Shown: positions 23,741 to 35,513 of the stretch, one piece after another
Numbering within the stretch: position 1 is the first letter of the stretch
How the letters are laid out: every line of letters begins with the position of its first letter
Assembly: GCA_001687465.1 (NCBI GenBank)
Contig: LVLI01000262.1
Span: forward strand, 1-40,809
Direction: 5' to 3'
DNA: 40,809 nt
Source: Halocafeteria seosinensis
Lineage: Eukaryota
The notes under the pieces: model-generated
Database searches by the model: none
What the model was told of the DNA's origin: nothing
What the model saw: only the letters and a program-made list of their open reading frames with translations
Translations under genes and position numbers: made by a program

Positions 23741-24274
23741 CTATGATTCAATCAGTTTCTTGAGACAGCTTTTCAAATCACCCCCTGATTCTCGTAGGCT
23801 TCTCTCAGCATCTTTACGTGTGTAGTCGAATTGCTCCATGATCACTTTGAGGTCGCTGTCATTGATCTTGATTGCGTTCAGTTCCTTCTCTCTGGAGCCA
23901 CCACAAATTTCCAGGCGTGTTGTCTCTCAATGGATCGGGTTCTAGATCTCACTCGTAACGTACCTTTGCTTGCGCTTCGCTTCCAATTCTTGTTCTTGTT
24001 GCGCGAAGTCAGACAATGCCTGCAAATACACACACCCTATCTTACGCGTGTACCTTGCACTGCACACACAAGGAAAACTTACCTTTTTGAGGTGATCTGC
24101 ACTATAGTGACTGAGGGAAACTTGCTGCTCATCCACGTAATCCGTCAGTTTTTCTAAATTCTCAGCTTCCTCTTTGCGTGGAGCTCCTCTTTCTTGTTGG
24201 GCGTCCCCCCCTTCGGCAGCTGCCGCCGCGGCAGCCGCGGACGCAGATGACTCAGAATTTTTGCTCTCGGACAT
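23741..24274 (-). CDS. HYPK: Huntingtin-interacting protein K-like (NatA-associated, C-terminal UBA-like)
   Basis: Three exons: ...LEKLTDYVDEQQ...RERELNAIKINDSDLKVIMEQFDYTRKDAERSLRESGGDLKSCLKKLIES*. Confidence 0.88.
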
Positions 24275-24981
24275 CTCTCGTGAATTCGAAAGTACCACTA
24301 GAATCGCAGTAAAGTTATCTATCGGGTGGAATGGACTGACAAATACCCTCAGGAAGTTCTGAATGCAACTTCCTGGGGCATTTTTGGGAGTCAGCTTAAC
24401 TTCAACTTCTTCCTGAGCGGGACTTTGGAACTCTAAAAAGTTCATTCATTACTAGTAACATAAGGGCACACTAGAGAAATGTGAGAGAATCGCTATGAAT
24501 TCACTTTTATTTTCTGAACTTATGTCTACTGGGTACTTCGCACGGGCGCAAGGAAGTGTGTGCATCTTAACTTGTCTCAGAGCTTTAGAAACCACCGGTG
24601 GTAAACATAGGTAAAGCTACAGAACTAAGAGTACCGAAAATATAAGAGAAAGATCTCCCGAATTCTAGTAGACCAAAGTTAATCTTAGAGACAGTACTTG
24701 GTAGTGCTGGTCTCAACTCCTGCGGTCTCGGGGAAATGCAATGACCGACTGCGGTCGCCTCTTTTGCTGGCAGGTCACAAGTACACACACATATGTGACA
24801 GATGGCCCACCGGCCGTTGTGTTCCCATGTCAGCAAGGCTGCAGGAACAGCGGGCCCGTCGCTGCTTAACACGAGCGCATACCGCTCGGTCCGCTCCTCG
24901 TTAAGAGGATGCGGTCAACTCCCCGACGACCCATGGTCATGACTCATAAGTTTGGAGTTGATAGAGGAGCAAGGGTTGTTC

Positions 24982-25779
24982 TTATCTGTCTTTTTTTTCG
25001 AACCTACCTTTCTCCATGAAAAACCATAGGCCGATACCACCAAACGATCCGTGCACGTATATACCCCATATTTCAGTGAATTTCCAGTTTCTTGAGTCCT
25101 GGACAACAGTTGCCTCGAGGAGCCATCCTTTTTGGCACACATCACTAACTTCTTTGGGAACATTGACTATCATAACCTCGCCCTTCTGTGGAGCATTTGC
25201 CAGATACAGTTTCCGTGGCTTGATGTTCTCAATTGGAAAGCATCCTCTTCGCTCTCCATTCTCTTCTACTACTCTCGCTGAAAATCCGGGAGGCGGTCTG
25301 GTCCCCGTGCTTGCCTGGTAATGTCGTGCATGGACTCCACCAGGAGGTGGGAAGTGCTCGGCCATTTTCGCAAACGCATCCTCCGCGCGCTCAAGCTGAT
25401 CATCACATCTATGTAGTCGCTCGATACACATGGCGACGAATCCGGCTCCGAGGTAATTGTTGTTCTTTAACCATAGCACGAAATTCTTGATAACCTTCAC
25501 GGCATTGGTGAGGGACTTCTTGGTCATGCCAGGAATTTTTCGAGGGCAGTAGGATACCAGGAAGTCTCCAATGTACCATGACACCTCGCCTGCCCCGAGT
25601 TCTTCCAGGGTTTTCTTCTTGTTGGATAGTATCGAGCTCTTGAAATGGTTGATTATCCCTTCATAGTGCTTGGCTGCCTTCTGCGGCAAGCGGCAGTAGC
25701 AATCCTCGATGAACTCGCTGAAGGTCTGCGAAGCAGGGGTGTCTAATTTGATACCATTCTCCTCTTTCTTGGGCGACAT
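24982..25779 (-). CDS. Intronless 265-aa hypothetical protein with prokaryote-like features
   Basis: Single ORF; helical N-half (DFLVSYCPRKI...AVKVIKNFVLWLKNNNYL) and beta C-half (GCFPIENIKPRKLYL...VPKEVSDVCQKGW...WKFTEIWGIY). Confidence 0.8.
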   Translation of the reverse strand: MSPKKEENGIKLDTPASQTFSEFIEDCYCRLPQKAAKHYEGIINHFKSSILSNKKKTLEELGAGEVSWYIGDFLVSYCPRKIPGMTKKSLTNAVKVIKNFVLWLKNNNYLGAGFVAMCIERLHRCDDQLERAEDAFAKMAEHFPPPGGVHARHYQASTGTRPPPGFSARVVEENGERRGCFPIENIKPRKLYLANAPQKGEVMIVNVPKEVSDVCQKGWLLEATVVQDSRNWKFTEIWGIYVHGSFGGIGLWFFMEKGRFEKKDR

Positions 25780-26303
25780 GATGCTAGTCTGAGTATCTCA
25801 ACCGTGTAAGTAATCCATACGATGCATCAATCGGATTCCACCAGATCCAAGTAACAAGGTCTCACCTTCAACTGGTGAGGTAGTTCTCTCAACCACAAGT
25901 TATGGTCCATAATACACTCACTAAGGAAATATTCTTGCAAATAGTTCTGCACTGTGTGAATTCGGGTACAAGTGGTCTGTACTACTGCTGGCAAACTGGA
26001 ACGCGCCTCGGTACGCCAGAGCGAAGGATTCCAGGTCAAGTCTCACCTGGTGGTGCCGCGAATCAGCAGTGAATAAGCGCACGTGCCTATATATATACTG
26101 TCTTTTTTGTTTAAAAGTACAATCGTATATCACCGTGGCTACCCCTACGGCGGCCCTCATTTCCTCTTAGGTGGCTGTGGATGTGGTCACCATAGAATAT
26201 GGCACGACTCATTAGTTCAAATATGGATCCGCGCAGTACCTATATTTAACATCTCATTCACTGTTGGAGTCTAGAGTGACTCTTCGGGATCGCCAATAGC
26301 AGT

Positions 26304-28016
26304 TCACAGCCTCAACCTCCTCCGGACATACTGCACACCAACGGCAGTCATGAGAACCAATGGGAAGACGGACCAAGCACTGAAAACTGCTGGACCAGAT
26401 GTGGCTGCCAGTCTCTTGTTTTCAGAGTCATACCCATGTGTAGAACTGACACTCCCTATTCTTTGTGAGGGTCCCCCCTGTGACCGGTGTGAGCATTCAG
26501 ATTGTGTGTTTTTTCCTCCAACCTCACACATTCGATCCCATTCTGTCTGGGATAATCTTTTACGTTCCAGGAGTGAAATGAACTTGTCTAAAGGGCATAA
26601 ACCGTTGACACTCTGCTCTTCACAGCCCGGAAAGGTCACTATATTGCTTCCCGAAAAGGGCGGGGGGTGCCTCTCTCCGGAATTGGTGCGATCGTAAGTC
26701 CCCAAGCCCTTGTTGTAGAACGCTCGAACAAAGAACTGATTGACGGGACGTCTAACAAGCTCAAACACTAGCGTAGACAGATAAGGTGGGTTTGGAGATC
26801 CACGGTAATCCATATTTAGTGAGCGAAACATTGCCGCAAGGAACGTGTCGTGACTACTGTATAAGTATAGTTGTGGCCCACTCTTTGGAGATGCATAGTC
26901 CACTGGGCGAAAACCTCGCTGCGCGGCTCCAACAGATGCTGCTTGCATCCGCGATAGCACTTCATCCACCATTCTACCGGTAGAAGCTTTTTGAACCTCT
27001 GGCGTAGACCATCTTAGCCACTTCATTTCATTACTTAGCTGTAAGTGCTCAGGTACCAGTAGAAGAGATTTTCTTTCACGAAGTTCAGCAATATGTCACT
27101 CTGGCACTTACTTTTGTTAAAGTTTCCATCTTTGCTTCCGTCATTCCCTCTGGCCAAGGATATCGATACAGCCTCATGACATTCAATGAGTCTCTTACTT
27201 TATTGAGAAGACCAAGGTCTAGGTACCGGAGGCCGGCCATATCGGCGAGCTCTCGCCGTAGCTCTTCAGAAGTTTTCTTTATTCTAGTATACTCCTCTGC
27301 GTTCACTTCTCTCTCTTCATCAGCAAATCGTCTCCAAGCAGGACAAGTTTCATCGCTAAAGGCTCTCAAGAGAGAATCATATTGCCGCGGTGTCGAGTAC
27401 ACGGGAATCGCCTCTAAACGATGTTTGGTCAGTCCAGGATGTCCATTGGGTTGGACAGGGCCTGTGCCTGGTGGAAATAAACCATGCAACACTCCAATAG
27501 CTGTCCGATGTGTCCTGATCGAATAAAGTACGACGGCATTCAAATATACTTCCATTCATTCTCTCATGAGCCTGCTTACCTGTCATAGTCCGTCGATCTA
27601 GCTCGGACGGCCGTCGAAGCGTACCTCGGCGTTATCATGTTATACTGCTCCATATAGCGCTGTCTGAGAATCTGCCCCAAGGTGAAGGACTCATTCAGTC
27701 CCCGGGCCGTCAATTCCCCTAGTCCATTCGGCCAGCGTTCATTGCACTGTTGCTCGCTGGGGAGACATATGATGGGCGACCGATCTCCATGGCGCATGAT
27801 CACCAGAGACAATTCCACTCTCTCTTGCGTATTGCCTTGGTTCTGTAGTCCTCGAGTGATCGAGGAAGTAGCGGCAGTATTCGTCTTATTTGGAGGCGCT
27901 TTGGCTTCCGCTACCCCGATGAAGAGCACAAAACTGCATACCGCTAACACTGCTACTAATACAAGCAGACATCGCCGCATGTGTGAAATTCTCATCCTAT
28001 CCATCCCTACCTTCAT
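26304..28016 (-). CDS. Histidine acid phosphatase (lysosomal/prostatic type) with signal peptide and C-terminal hydrophobic anchor
   Basis: RHGDRSP, WPNGLGELTARG, RSTDYDRT, YSSHDT and PPYLSTLVFEL over three exons. Confidence 0.93.
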
Positions 28017-28326
28017 CTACATTCAACTGAAAATCAAAACATATAGGTGGCTAGCAACTGCAGTGTCCAATGGTACAACGCAGTTCCCGACTGTGGACTG
28101 TGACGGTAATTGGTGTGTACTTCCGCGTCACTCGACTTCCACTTCCGGTGGTAGCAGAAGGCCACCCACACACCGGCAACAAACAAACGTAAAAAAATGG
28201 GACCTTTATGTTGGATGATGCATCTTGTGAAACCTACTGGTGATTGTCGCTACATATATGTATTTTTGGGGTGAACATCGGTTCCACGGAACCACATGCA
28301 CCAGCCGGTGGGCTATCTGTCACATT

Positions 28327-28346
28327 TGTGTGTGTGTGTGTGTGTG
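28327..28346. repeat. (TG)10 microsatellite
   Basis: Directly visible run. Confidence 0.95.
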
Positions 28347-29002
28347 CACAGCTACATCATGATTGCTGCTCGGGAGTCTGCTGAATCAAGGCTTGTATGT
28401 CGTGAATGCTGGGTTTTACTCTGCACTGCTAGTTCCTGAGATCCGCGAGGCTGATATACCGGTACACGATAAATTTTATTGTCGCTCCTTCGAAACGCTT
28501 GGTTTGGTTCCATCATGAACTTCCATAATCTTCAAAAGTTATATGGGGCCCTCCTATTTCCCGTTCTAACCGGAAATAAGCTTCTAACTACAAAAGTTCT
28601 GTAACTTCTAAGCTGCATCTTGTGAACCTAATGTACAAGGTACAGGCTGTTACAAGGCTGCAGTACAGCAGAGTAACCGCATTGCTGTTTGCAGAACAGG
28701 GCTGATATATTACGATCAAGCAAGCAAGAGGACCTTATAGACCTACACTTTACAAAAGAACAAACGCACAGAATACTAATCAAGAGAGTGCGCGATCCAA
28801 AGATCCAGAGTCGCTAGTACAGGGAGGGGACAATTCTCTGTCTATCAATGGCACTATTAGCCCAGTTTCCCACACAAAGTCCACAGTACCAACTCTGCAT
28901 GTACTGCGTCGTCCCTATGCTATCACTCCACGGTGTCCTGGTCGCAGTTTAACGTCAAGGAAGCGTTGTATCCACCTAAGTTCCGTACGGTTGTAGAGGA
29001 AC

Positions 29003-29875
29003 ATGAAACGGTCCACGCATCGACCTATCGAGGACGTGCTACGTTTTCCGGACTGCAATTTTTGCTCGAAGATATATTTTATCTTGATTCTGTTGTTGCA
29101 CATTCAGCTTGGTATTGGTGCCAGTACACGCAGGCCCGAATGCCAGTCCTGCAGCCCAGGGTGGAATGGTACATTGTTCCGAAAGGATGGTAGTGCTCTT
29201 AACAGCAATTCCTTAGCGGAATTCGAAAGTAATATCATCCTTTCTGGCATGTCCGAAGTGATATACTCGGAACTAAGCAAGGAGGAAATACCCAAATATA
29301 GTGTCTGGCCACCCGTAAACGGACCGCTTAAAGTTAAGGACTATTTCTTCGCATACTTCCACAGCGTGCTCCAGGTGCCGAAGACGGGGACATACAAATT
29401 CTTTCTTGCTTCAGATGATGGTAGCAGTATGTATCTTGATGGAGAGCAGGTTTGTCACATTTCACGGCACTCGTCCTATCGTTGCGGTGTACAATTTGAA
29501 AGGTGTGTATGTGTGTGTGGTCACAGCTGATTTCCAACGATGGCGTACACGGCGAAGAAACAAGAACGGGAGAAAAAACGCTTGACAAAGGACAACATAT
29601 CATTGAGGTAGGTAAAGGATAAATGCGATTCTTATGGCTTGAGAGCTCTGTTATGTATCGATGAACAGGTGAAGTACTTCGAACTTGACGGGGCAACCAC
29701 CTTGGTTGCCTCGTGGGAATGGATGGATTCGGATCCGGGACCAGCGGGAATGAAGGGGAAAACGATCCTTAGTAGCAAATGGATATGCCATATGGTACCA
29801 GCGACCACCATGAAGGAAGTATTACACGTACAACGAGGCTTCAGGCTGGCGCAAGTCGAGGTCGAGAGTCGCTAA
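29003..29875 (+). CDS. Secreted PA14-domain protein
   Basis: Hydrophobic N-terminal segment; VPKTGTYKFFLASDDGSSMYLDGEQ|LISNDGVHG...LDKGQHIIE|VKYFELDGATTLVASW across two introns. Confidence 0.85.
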
Positions 29876-30364
29876 CTAGACATACGATATTACTCCGGCG
29901 GAACGACATTACTACGATGGAGTCCTACAGTGTACCCAGTGCTTCTTCCCCAACCCCAGAGAAACGACATCAGCATGAGTATGCCATGGCCTCCAGTATG
30001 CTCGTAACAATAGCACCGAGTCAGGGTAGCGAATGCCTTCGTGCCACGAAGTCCGTGTCAGTCACTACCCAATTCAGTCCTATCCAGCTGGTGGCCTCTG
30101 GTACAACCAATTTAAATGTGACTTCCGGATTTAGGTGTCACCGGTATTGGTATTCAATCGCTGCAGCTCGATGGAAGGATTCCAGCCTCTATTGCACTTC
30201 CTCCTTCAGCTTGGTCAATCCTTGAGAAGAGATGTTGCGCGACACTTGGTAACAGCAAACGGCTATCTTCAAAGACCGCCATAATGCACGCACACACGCG
30301 TAAGTACAGGTGGAATGATAGCGTCTCTTTTCCTCCTCCAGTTACCTTCGCGTAAGCGCGGACA

Positions 30365-33300
30365 CTAACTAACAAGGCCAACTTCACGTCTAGCGTGACC
30401 CTTGAAATAAAACCTTCCTCGAGAATGAACTAAGACTCTTAGAGGTTTGCCAGTGCCAGTGGATACTTGACTGCGGGGCTCATCGTCCTCAGTGCTAGCC
30501 TGTCCTGGGTATATGACTAAGGATGGTTTCCGATTAAGCCTAAGTTTGCCCTTTAGATGCGGCGGTTTTAAAGAAATGAACGTGTCTTCAACAAGTTGAG
30601 GCCTCTCATTCATCCTAACTATTGGGTTTTTCCATGAAGGCTCATCGGTTTCCCCAGCAGATAAATGATGAGCCTGTATATCATTGGAGACCTCGTTTTT
30701 TGGTGCGCTAGATGAAGGTATGTCGTGCAACTTGTTACAACTGGGGGAGCCGAGGAGTTCATACCGCAAAGGAGGACGGCGAACTCTTGCACTGTGGAAG
30801 TCACACGTGACAAGCAGCTGGACTTTGTCCAAAGGCTGAAACGAAGCAATCACCCTCTGATCCACCTCGATCGACAGCTTTGATTCACTCAAACAATGAT
30901 TCAAGGTTCCTTCGTAGATTGGTACCCTTAGGCACCCATTATCCGACAAATCTTTTACGGCCTCCCACGAGCGCTTCTCCAAGTTACCAACGTTAAAATT
31001 AAGAGTTTCCGACATTTGCTCAAACGAGAACGCATTATCGGCCTTACTAGTTCCCTTTAGAAATTGAGGCGGTATTGTTAAGGTGCCAGCGGAGTCCGTC
31101 AGGAAAACAGTTCCTTCGATTTCGTACTTGGGTACATACACTCGTATGCGATTCGAGTATGTCGACCCAATAACCCCCTTAACTATTTCCACGCGGGTTG
31201 CAAAATGCAGTGCAAGATACAATTCTTCGCATTCCCTTGACGCTATCTTGGCCTCCCGATGACGGATATTTGCTTGGTTACATATAGAAGCAAGGGCTTT
31301 AGCCGTATAATCGGGGCTTACCGGCTTTGGTGCATCCTGCACCTTCTCATCAGATACAGTTTTCCGGTGAGAAGTGGAGGCGACTTTCGAGGGATTGGCC
31401 CGCTCGTCGACTTCTCCAGCGGTGGAACTCTTCAGAGCTACATCCCCTGAAACTTTTCCCTTTCGGCCTCTACCGTAACTAGAGTAATCTTTATCTAAGT
31501 CTAAATCGAGCAAATCATCAAGAAGTGAATCCTCGCTGGCCTCGTCGATACTTCTATATTCGCGGTGTTCAATGCCTCCGCTAGAATCCATTGGTCTCGA
31601 GGTATCGGGAGCAGTATCAAACTGTAGCTGGCGATCGTGTTCCTCATTATAATCCGCAGTGCCCTCTTCCTTCTCCGCAGGTGCTCTAGGCGAATAGTTC
31701 GCGCCACTCCCTGCCTCGATACTTTCAGTGCCTCCCAGAAGCTGGTCGACGTCTAAGTCGTTGAAAGCAGCGGTACAGCTCGAATTTCCGCGCTGGAATA
31801 GGTCGCTAAATTTCATTTGGAATGTACTTGGAGGTTTCACCGCTCCACTCGCATCGGAATCGGCGCTCAACTGGTACTTAGATGGCAACGCAAGGGCGTC
31901 TTTGAGAAGACGATGTACTACCAAATCCGCATAGCGCCTAATGGGAGAAGTAAAATGGGTATATCGCCTCAAGCCGAGACCATAATGACCAACGTTAGAG
32001 TCTTCGTTACAGGCCTCTGTAGAAGTAACAAAATCTTGCATCCATGTCTTCTTGTCCACCGAGGGAAAAGAGACGTCGAGCGATTCACTACATATGTATT
32101 CAGCTTCAGTCATTGCTCGCACCGTCATATTACGAATATAGCTTACTGACTCTTCTGATATCCTCTGTCCGTTTACTTCGTTCCTTTCCAGCCCATCCAG
32201 GAACTTGGCCAGTTTCTTATTGCTAGAAATATCAATGCTTTTTACATCTATTCCTGAACTCTCAAGTATCTGGAAAAGCTCCTCAAATCTGTCGCCCAGG
32301 GCTGGTAAGTGCCTTCGGATTAGAGCATGATTCGGAAACTTCCAACACAAAAAAGATGCTACCGTGCTGTTCGCAAAGATCATCAGATCAGCGATTGTCT
32401 CGTGTACTTCGGAGTGCTCACTATCATCTTCCACCATTTCAGGGCGTCCTTGAAGCTCATCGACGTGGAATGCGGTTTCAGACGAGTGGCCAAAGTTCAC
32501 GGACCCACTCTGCTGCCGCCAGCGACGTAAAAATCGACAAACAGTGAATAGGCCTCTTAGTGTAAATCGGAGCGATTGCAATGGCCCATCATACCCAAAT
32601 CCAGTTTTGTTAGGAGCTAGATCACCACCGTGAATGAGCTTATCTGCCTGGTCATAAGACAGAGCCGCAGCAGACCGGATGATGGACGGCCCCATCCAAA
32701 TCAGTGGTACATCGTTGTCATCGACCGCTAGTTTGAATTGCGTTTCCTCGATAGCAGGGTCAATGCTCCCATCTCTTTGCGAGAGAGACTTGATGTATTG
32801 TTCTGTCTGCTGGTTACACGGGCTTAGTTGCCAAAAGACGGAAACAGAAAATCGATCGACATCCGGGTGTAACGAACAGATATCTTCAGACAAGAGTTCC
32901 GGAAGCATATTAAAGCGCCTGTCAGGGAAATACAAAGTCGTGCCTCGACTACAAGCTTCTTGATCGAGAGAGGTTGATCGTCGTACAAAGTGTGAGACAT
33001 CCGCGATATGCACCCCCACTTCGAGGTTACCGTTGGACAGTTCCCTAAAACTTAAGGCATCGTCTATGTCAACACACCCAGGAGGGTCTACACTGCAGAT
33101 AACGTGTGTACGTCGCAAGTCGACTCGGGCTCCTTCTGTATCCCTGAAAATATCCCTAACACCATCTCGGGGAACATTTTTCTCGAAACGCGGGGTTTCC
33201 CATAGCTGATTACCATCGAAGTATCCAACTCTTGAACGGTATAGCATCGCACCTTCTGAGTCCCTCGACGGGGACGCCCCTTCTTTTTCCAGTATATGCA

Positions 33301-35297
33301 ACTCCCTCCTTCTTTCCTGCGCAACCGACCAAGAGGACCTAGTCCCGTCCTCTTGCAAGGATGGAGCAGGCAGACAACTAAGCGCAGATGGAGGGAAAGG
33401 CAGGCAATGATGATGTACGTTCTGCTCGTACATGAGGGCCTTGAGTTCCACTTCGAGCTCCAGTACACATCCAAGAGTCCGAATAATGTGACCCTTTGGA
33501 TATTTGCTATTCACGGGCCAATCATCAATTATGACCAAGTGCCTCTTTCCGGCAAGAGCATCGGGATCCTTCGTACGGATGATAATCTTTGGTACTCGTT
33601 GACTCATCGGCACGAGCATGGAGGTTCGCTCATTTGGGGTCGCGCCATCCACATTCGACCGGTCCTCCGAAGTTGCCACTAGTTCGCGCCATCCGGTACG
33701 TTCCACCACCCCGATTGTCTCTCCATAGGGAACAAACTCGACCTTAGCTGCAGTCCTGGAACGTTTAGATTCTTGGGAGGCAGACCAGCATCTTTCTGGC
33801 CATATCAGTACGAAGACCAGATCACCGTGGATAGAACGGTTTCTCGCCGTGAAGCCGTTTATCATGATCCTCTGAAATTTCTGCCCACATGAGTCGGTGA
33901 TATTGCTGGAGGCGTCTACGTATGCAACGTCGGGGTCATACCTGCTGACGTTGAGTTTACCAGAGACGGCCAACCCCTCGTTCTGCAATCGTTGGCACAC
34001 TTCTAGGGGTAAATACTTCTTGTACCCGGTATCCCTATCCCCCCTGAAGGAAACATATTCCTCTCGAATAACATGAGGTGCGTTGTCTTGGGCCATAGTA
34101 TTCAATTCTGTTTCAGCCGAAGTGCCGGTCAGAATCTGTTCATGTTGGTAGGCTACTTGCTCGTACAATTCCAAAAGCTGATCTTTCACCGCCGGGGAGC
34201 AATGTATAGGATCTTTCAGATTAGTGCTAGATTCAGTTGTATCGGATAAAAGCCATTCGATTAGTGCTCGGGGACTAAGGCATTGTACCTGCACCGTTTT
34301 CGCAGTAGCAAATCTAGCAGGAGCGCCATCTATATTCACACCAGCTTCCGATAAAATCTTTGCTGGCCTTGGAAACTTGCTGTAATCGCGAGACGTCACC
34401 ATTCCCAAACACACTTGCAAAGGGACTTGACTTGCGTGCGACTTGTTCCACTCTCGAACTTCACGTGCTAAAGCGGCCATGGAAAAAGCAAATTTCGTGT
34501 AACTAGCTTCTTCGTCGGTCGATTGGAATCCATGATGCCGAGTAAGATACCGACGAACAGGAGTCGAAGACCTACCATGATCCATCCCGCTACAACTAAA
34601 ATTGGAGATCCCAACTAAATTTCCGTGGGTGGGAAGGAACACTCCATATGGCTTAGAGAATTCGCGTGAGCTGGCAATCCTGGATTGTCTTTGTTGCTCA
34701 ACATCCAGGCAGTATTCACTCAGAAAGTTATTCAACGTCCTCCCACGTTTAAGGAGTTTATAATTCCGCACACCTTCGCAGATATTTTCTAGCATAATTG
34801 CACCAATTTCAGTGTTCCCTTGAGTTTCTCTCCTATGGATGGCAAACAGTTCGGTCAAGATTTCATTATACTGTGGTAAGTGGTAAGCAAAACAATCCAT
34901 GAGCGCAAAATTCACCCCGCTTTCGTTCAAGGATTACGTACAAATACAAAAGTTTCATCATCTGGAACAATCAACCATAAGGTAGGTGTGCCGCACTTAT
35001 CCTTTGGTAAATCCTTTCCAAAAGTTTCAAATCTGTAGGTTCAAAAGTATACGTCCATGCGAGCTATATCCATGCCCTTCCACTTCCGCCTTACCCGGAC
35101 GCTACCGTGTCCAAATAGGTCCATAACACACTCTGGAAACTGTATGGGTCCTTTCGGGGACGCCAATATTGCTCTCGAAGCACAATTTGACCTCCTCCCT
35201 GGCGCGAGTTTGCTCCATTTTGACCGTCATAGGAAGATATTCGACTGAATCTCGTGGTTGAGACAGACCATTTCGGGTCTGCTCTTTTCGAACTCAT
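30365..35297 (-). CDS. DIS3/Rrp44-family RNB exoribonuclease (~1600 aa) with divergent PIN-like N-terminus
   Basis: RNB motifs SVDPPGCVDIDDAL, GVHIADVSHFV, HYGLG...YTHFTSPIRRYADLVVHRLL; CSD motifs RNRSIHGDLV and DDWPVNSKYPKGH. Upstream exons 35297-35095 and 35032-34942 add IVLREQYWR and LIVPDDET and splice in frame to 34870. Confidence 0.92.
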
Positions 35298-35513
35298 GCT
35301 TATCTGGACTCCATATGACACGTAACATGCCCAAACATGGCATCAACATTATCAACCCCAAAGGATCGGAGGACACTAAATTCAACCTGTACTTTGGGAT
35401 TGATTTTCTCCTTCATTGCAGCCCGCTTTCCTACCGATCTTTCCATTGACTTGTAGTATTTTCTTTGGACATTTTGACTGTGTTAAACTTGGTATCAAAC
35501 GCGGATCTGAAGG

